Shown here: one piece after another, positions 62,242 through 64,000 of the stretch
How the letters are laid out: every line of letters starts with the position of its first letter
Position numbering within the stretch: the first letter of the stretch is position 1
The notes under the pieces: model-generated
Seen by the model: the letters and a program-made list of their open reading frames with translations, nothing else
The model's database searches: none
What the model was told of the DNA's origin: nothing
Made by a program: the position numbers and the translations under genes
From: Styela clava
Taxonomy: Eukaryota
Assembly: GCF_964204865.1 (NCBI RefSeq)
Contig: NC_135253.1
Location: forward strand, 16,802,001 to 16,866,000
Length of the DNA: 64,000 nt
Reading direction: 5' to 3'

Positions 62242-64000
62242 GTTTAGACTCTAGAAAATGTTATTTGGTATTGAAGTTTCCTTGCATATATATATACATG
62301 GGGTTTGCGATTAGGTTGTTATTGTGAAAATCATTTAGTTGAACTTCTTGAATTAAGATTAGATTTGGTACAAAAGACCGAGTTTAAAACATATTAAAAC
62401 TACAAAAAGTTCTGGGAGGCCCCACTGAACGTTTCTGAGTTCTTGCACAATATTTTTTTTTTCATTCTAGTCCGTATACCTACAGCATACCTTCCCGGAC
62501 GAGGGTGTTCTGCTCCAATAAACGTATTGAGAAGTGAATTCAATTAAAGATGTAGTAATCAGATGGGCATTCTAAACATTGTGTTTTTTGATCGATTAAA
62601 TAAGGGGGGGAATAGATTTTGATTCACGAAAGCTACAAATCCACTAAATTAAACACCTACGCTATACACCGTTATCATTTGTGGCCAAAAACCGATTTTC
62701 TGTTAACTGGGTGCGGGCTTGGAACGAAATTTCTTACAACCTGAAATAGCAATCAGAATTATTGTCAACAAGCGTCGGAGTGGCTTTTCGAATGACTCGG
62801 GAGTTGCAAATTTTCCCAGACTCCAGTCTAGAACAACTTTTTAACTATACAAAAAGCACTAAATAACTATTACGTCGAATTCAAATACTAGTATTACGCA
62901 AAATGTGGCCGATGTTCCATGACGGTCCAAAACACTTTTCAATTTCAGCAACTGAGTGTTTTTTTAACTTTAGGTACAAATTCTTTCCAGCCTTCTCCAG
63001 GTGGGGAGACAGAGCAAGATTTCTTTCATCTAATTCAAATTTAATAAGCGATGTCAACATTTTTTCGCGCACTAGTTAAAAATTGAAAACCACTTTGTAA
63101 CATTTGCATTTATTCATTTGTGGAACAAAAATCTACAATCTAACGTTTGAAACTACGATTGTTAACCCAAAAGTGCATAAAAACGTGGAGCGATTATGTG
63201 AAATCGATGTTGTCGAAAATTGGCGAGGGATGATGATAATTGTCAAAGACACCCGAGACCCAAACGGTTATTCATTAAGAAATAGGCCTACATTACATAA
63301 ACAATAACTTGTTCTTCAATTCTAGACATTACCATATATGAAAACGCATGCTCATCTATACAAGGGTGTATGGAAAGAAACAAGCAGCTTCTACTGAAAA
63401 TGGGTGAAAAGCGCTGTACACTTGCAGTAACTGCAAGGTTGTGGACCATAAATAGACAGCAATTGGCGTACAGCAAAGTTGCTAATAAGACATCAGAAAC
63501 CGACACAATATATTAAATTGCAGAGTTTCCCCGAGAACAATTAATTTCCAATGCGTGTAGTGTGTACCTAGTTTCACAGTAAAAATCATTGCATGCACAA
63601 TTATATCGACATATCGAGAATCAGTTGTTGCAAAACGATCTATATGCGGAAATTTTTCTCGGTGAGTAATAGAATGAATCATTTGGAACTGTGTACTAAA
63701 CATTGATTTGTATCATTCGTGCAATCATATGGTCTATATGTTAGCCATTGCTTGGCCATCACCATAACAAACAAATCCACACAAAAGATTGACAAAATGT
63801 TTCTATCTAGCAGGTTAGTAATGAGCATATGAATGAATTCAGTACGATTCGATTTCAAACCAGACCAGGAAACGAAAACGTCAGAAATAGCAGCATCGGA
63901 ACTTGTGTGTTGGAACGAAATTATTCTGACCATTCATGCCTCAATGATTTTCCTTATTGGCAGATTTAGAATCACACCACCGTCAGCTAGACTACACAGC

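Overview
AT-rich, intron-containing animal genomic DNA, not prokaryotic. The repeat families and a PEA15 orthologue with vertebrate-like motifs suggest an invertebrate chordate, probably an ascidian tunicate (inference). Genes were assembled by hand from GT-AG splice sites and frame continuity: (1) a 3-exon PEA15 death-effector-domain gene (+, 15244-17079); (2) an intronless atypical rhodopsin-class GPCR (-, 18972-20066) and a frameshifted paralogue arranged head-to-head with it (+, about 22680-23663); (3) three NACHT-LRR (NLR) genes: A (-, 24338-35391), B (+, 36567-43893) and C (-, 47376-52255). None of the three has a recognisable death-fold N-terminus. A and B are head-to-head and share an intron-split N-terminal motif. 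The NACHT exon of A is interrupted by a TTAA piggyBac-type element. C begins with a short RHIM-like (amyloid-type) motif. The rest of the window is rich in transposons: an intact Chapaev3 element (58811-61226), several hAT, Tc1/mariner, piggyBac and Sola-like non-autonomous elements, LINE 3' ends, a tRNA-derived SINE and palindromic MITEs. The most promising candidate system is an innate-immunity/cell-death locus of death-fold-less NLRs with short signalling motifs, near a PEA15 that has Asp at the position of human Ser116.
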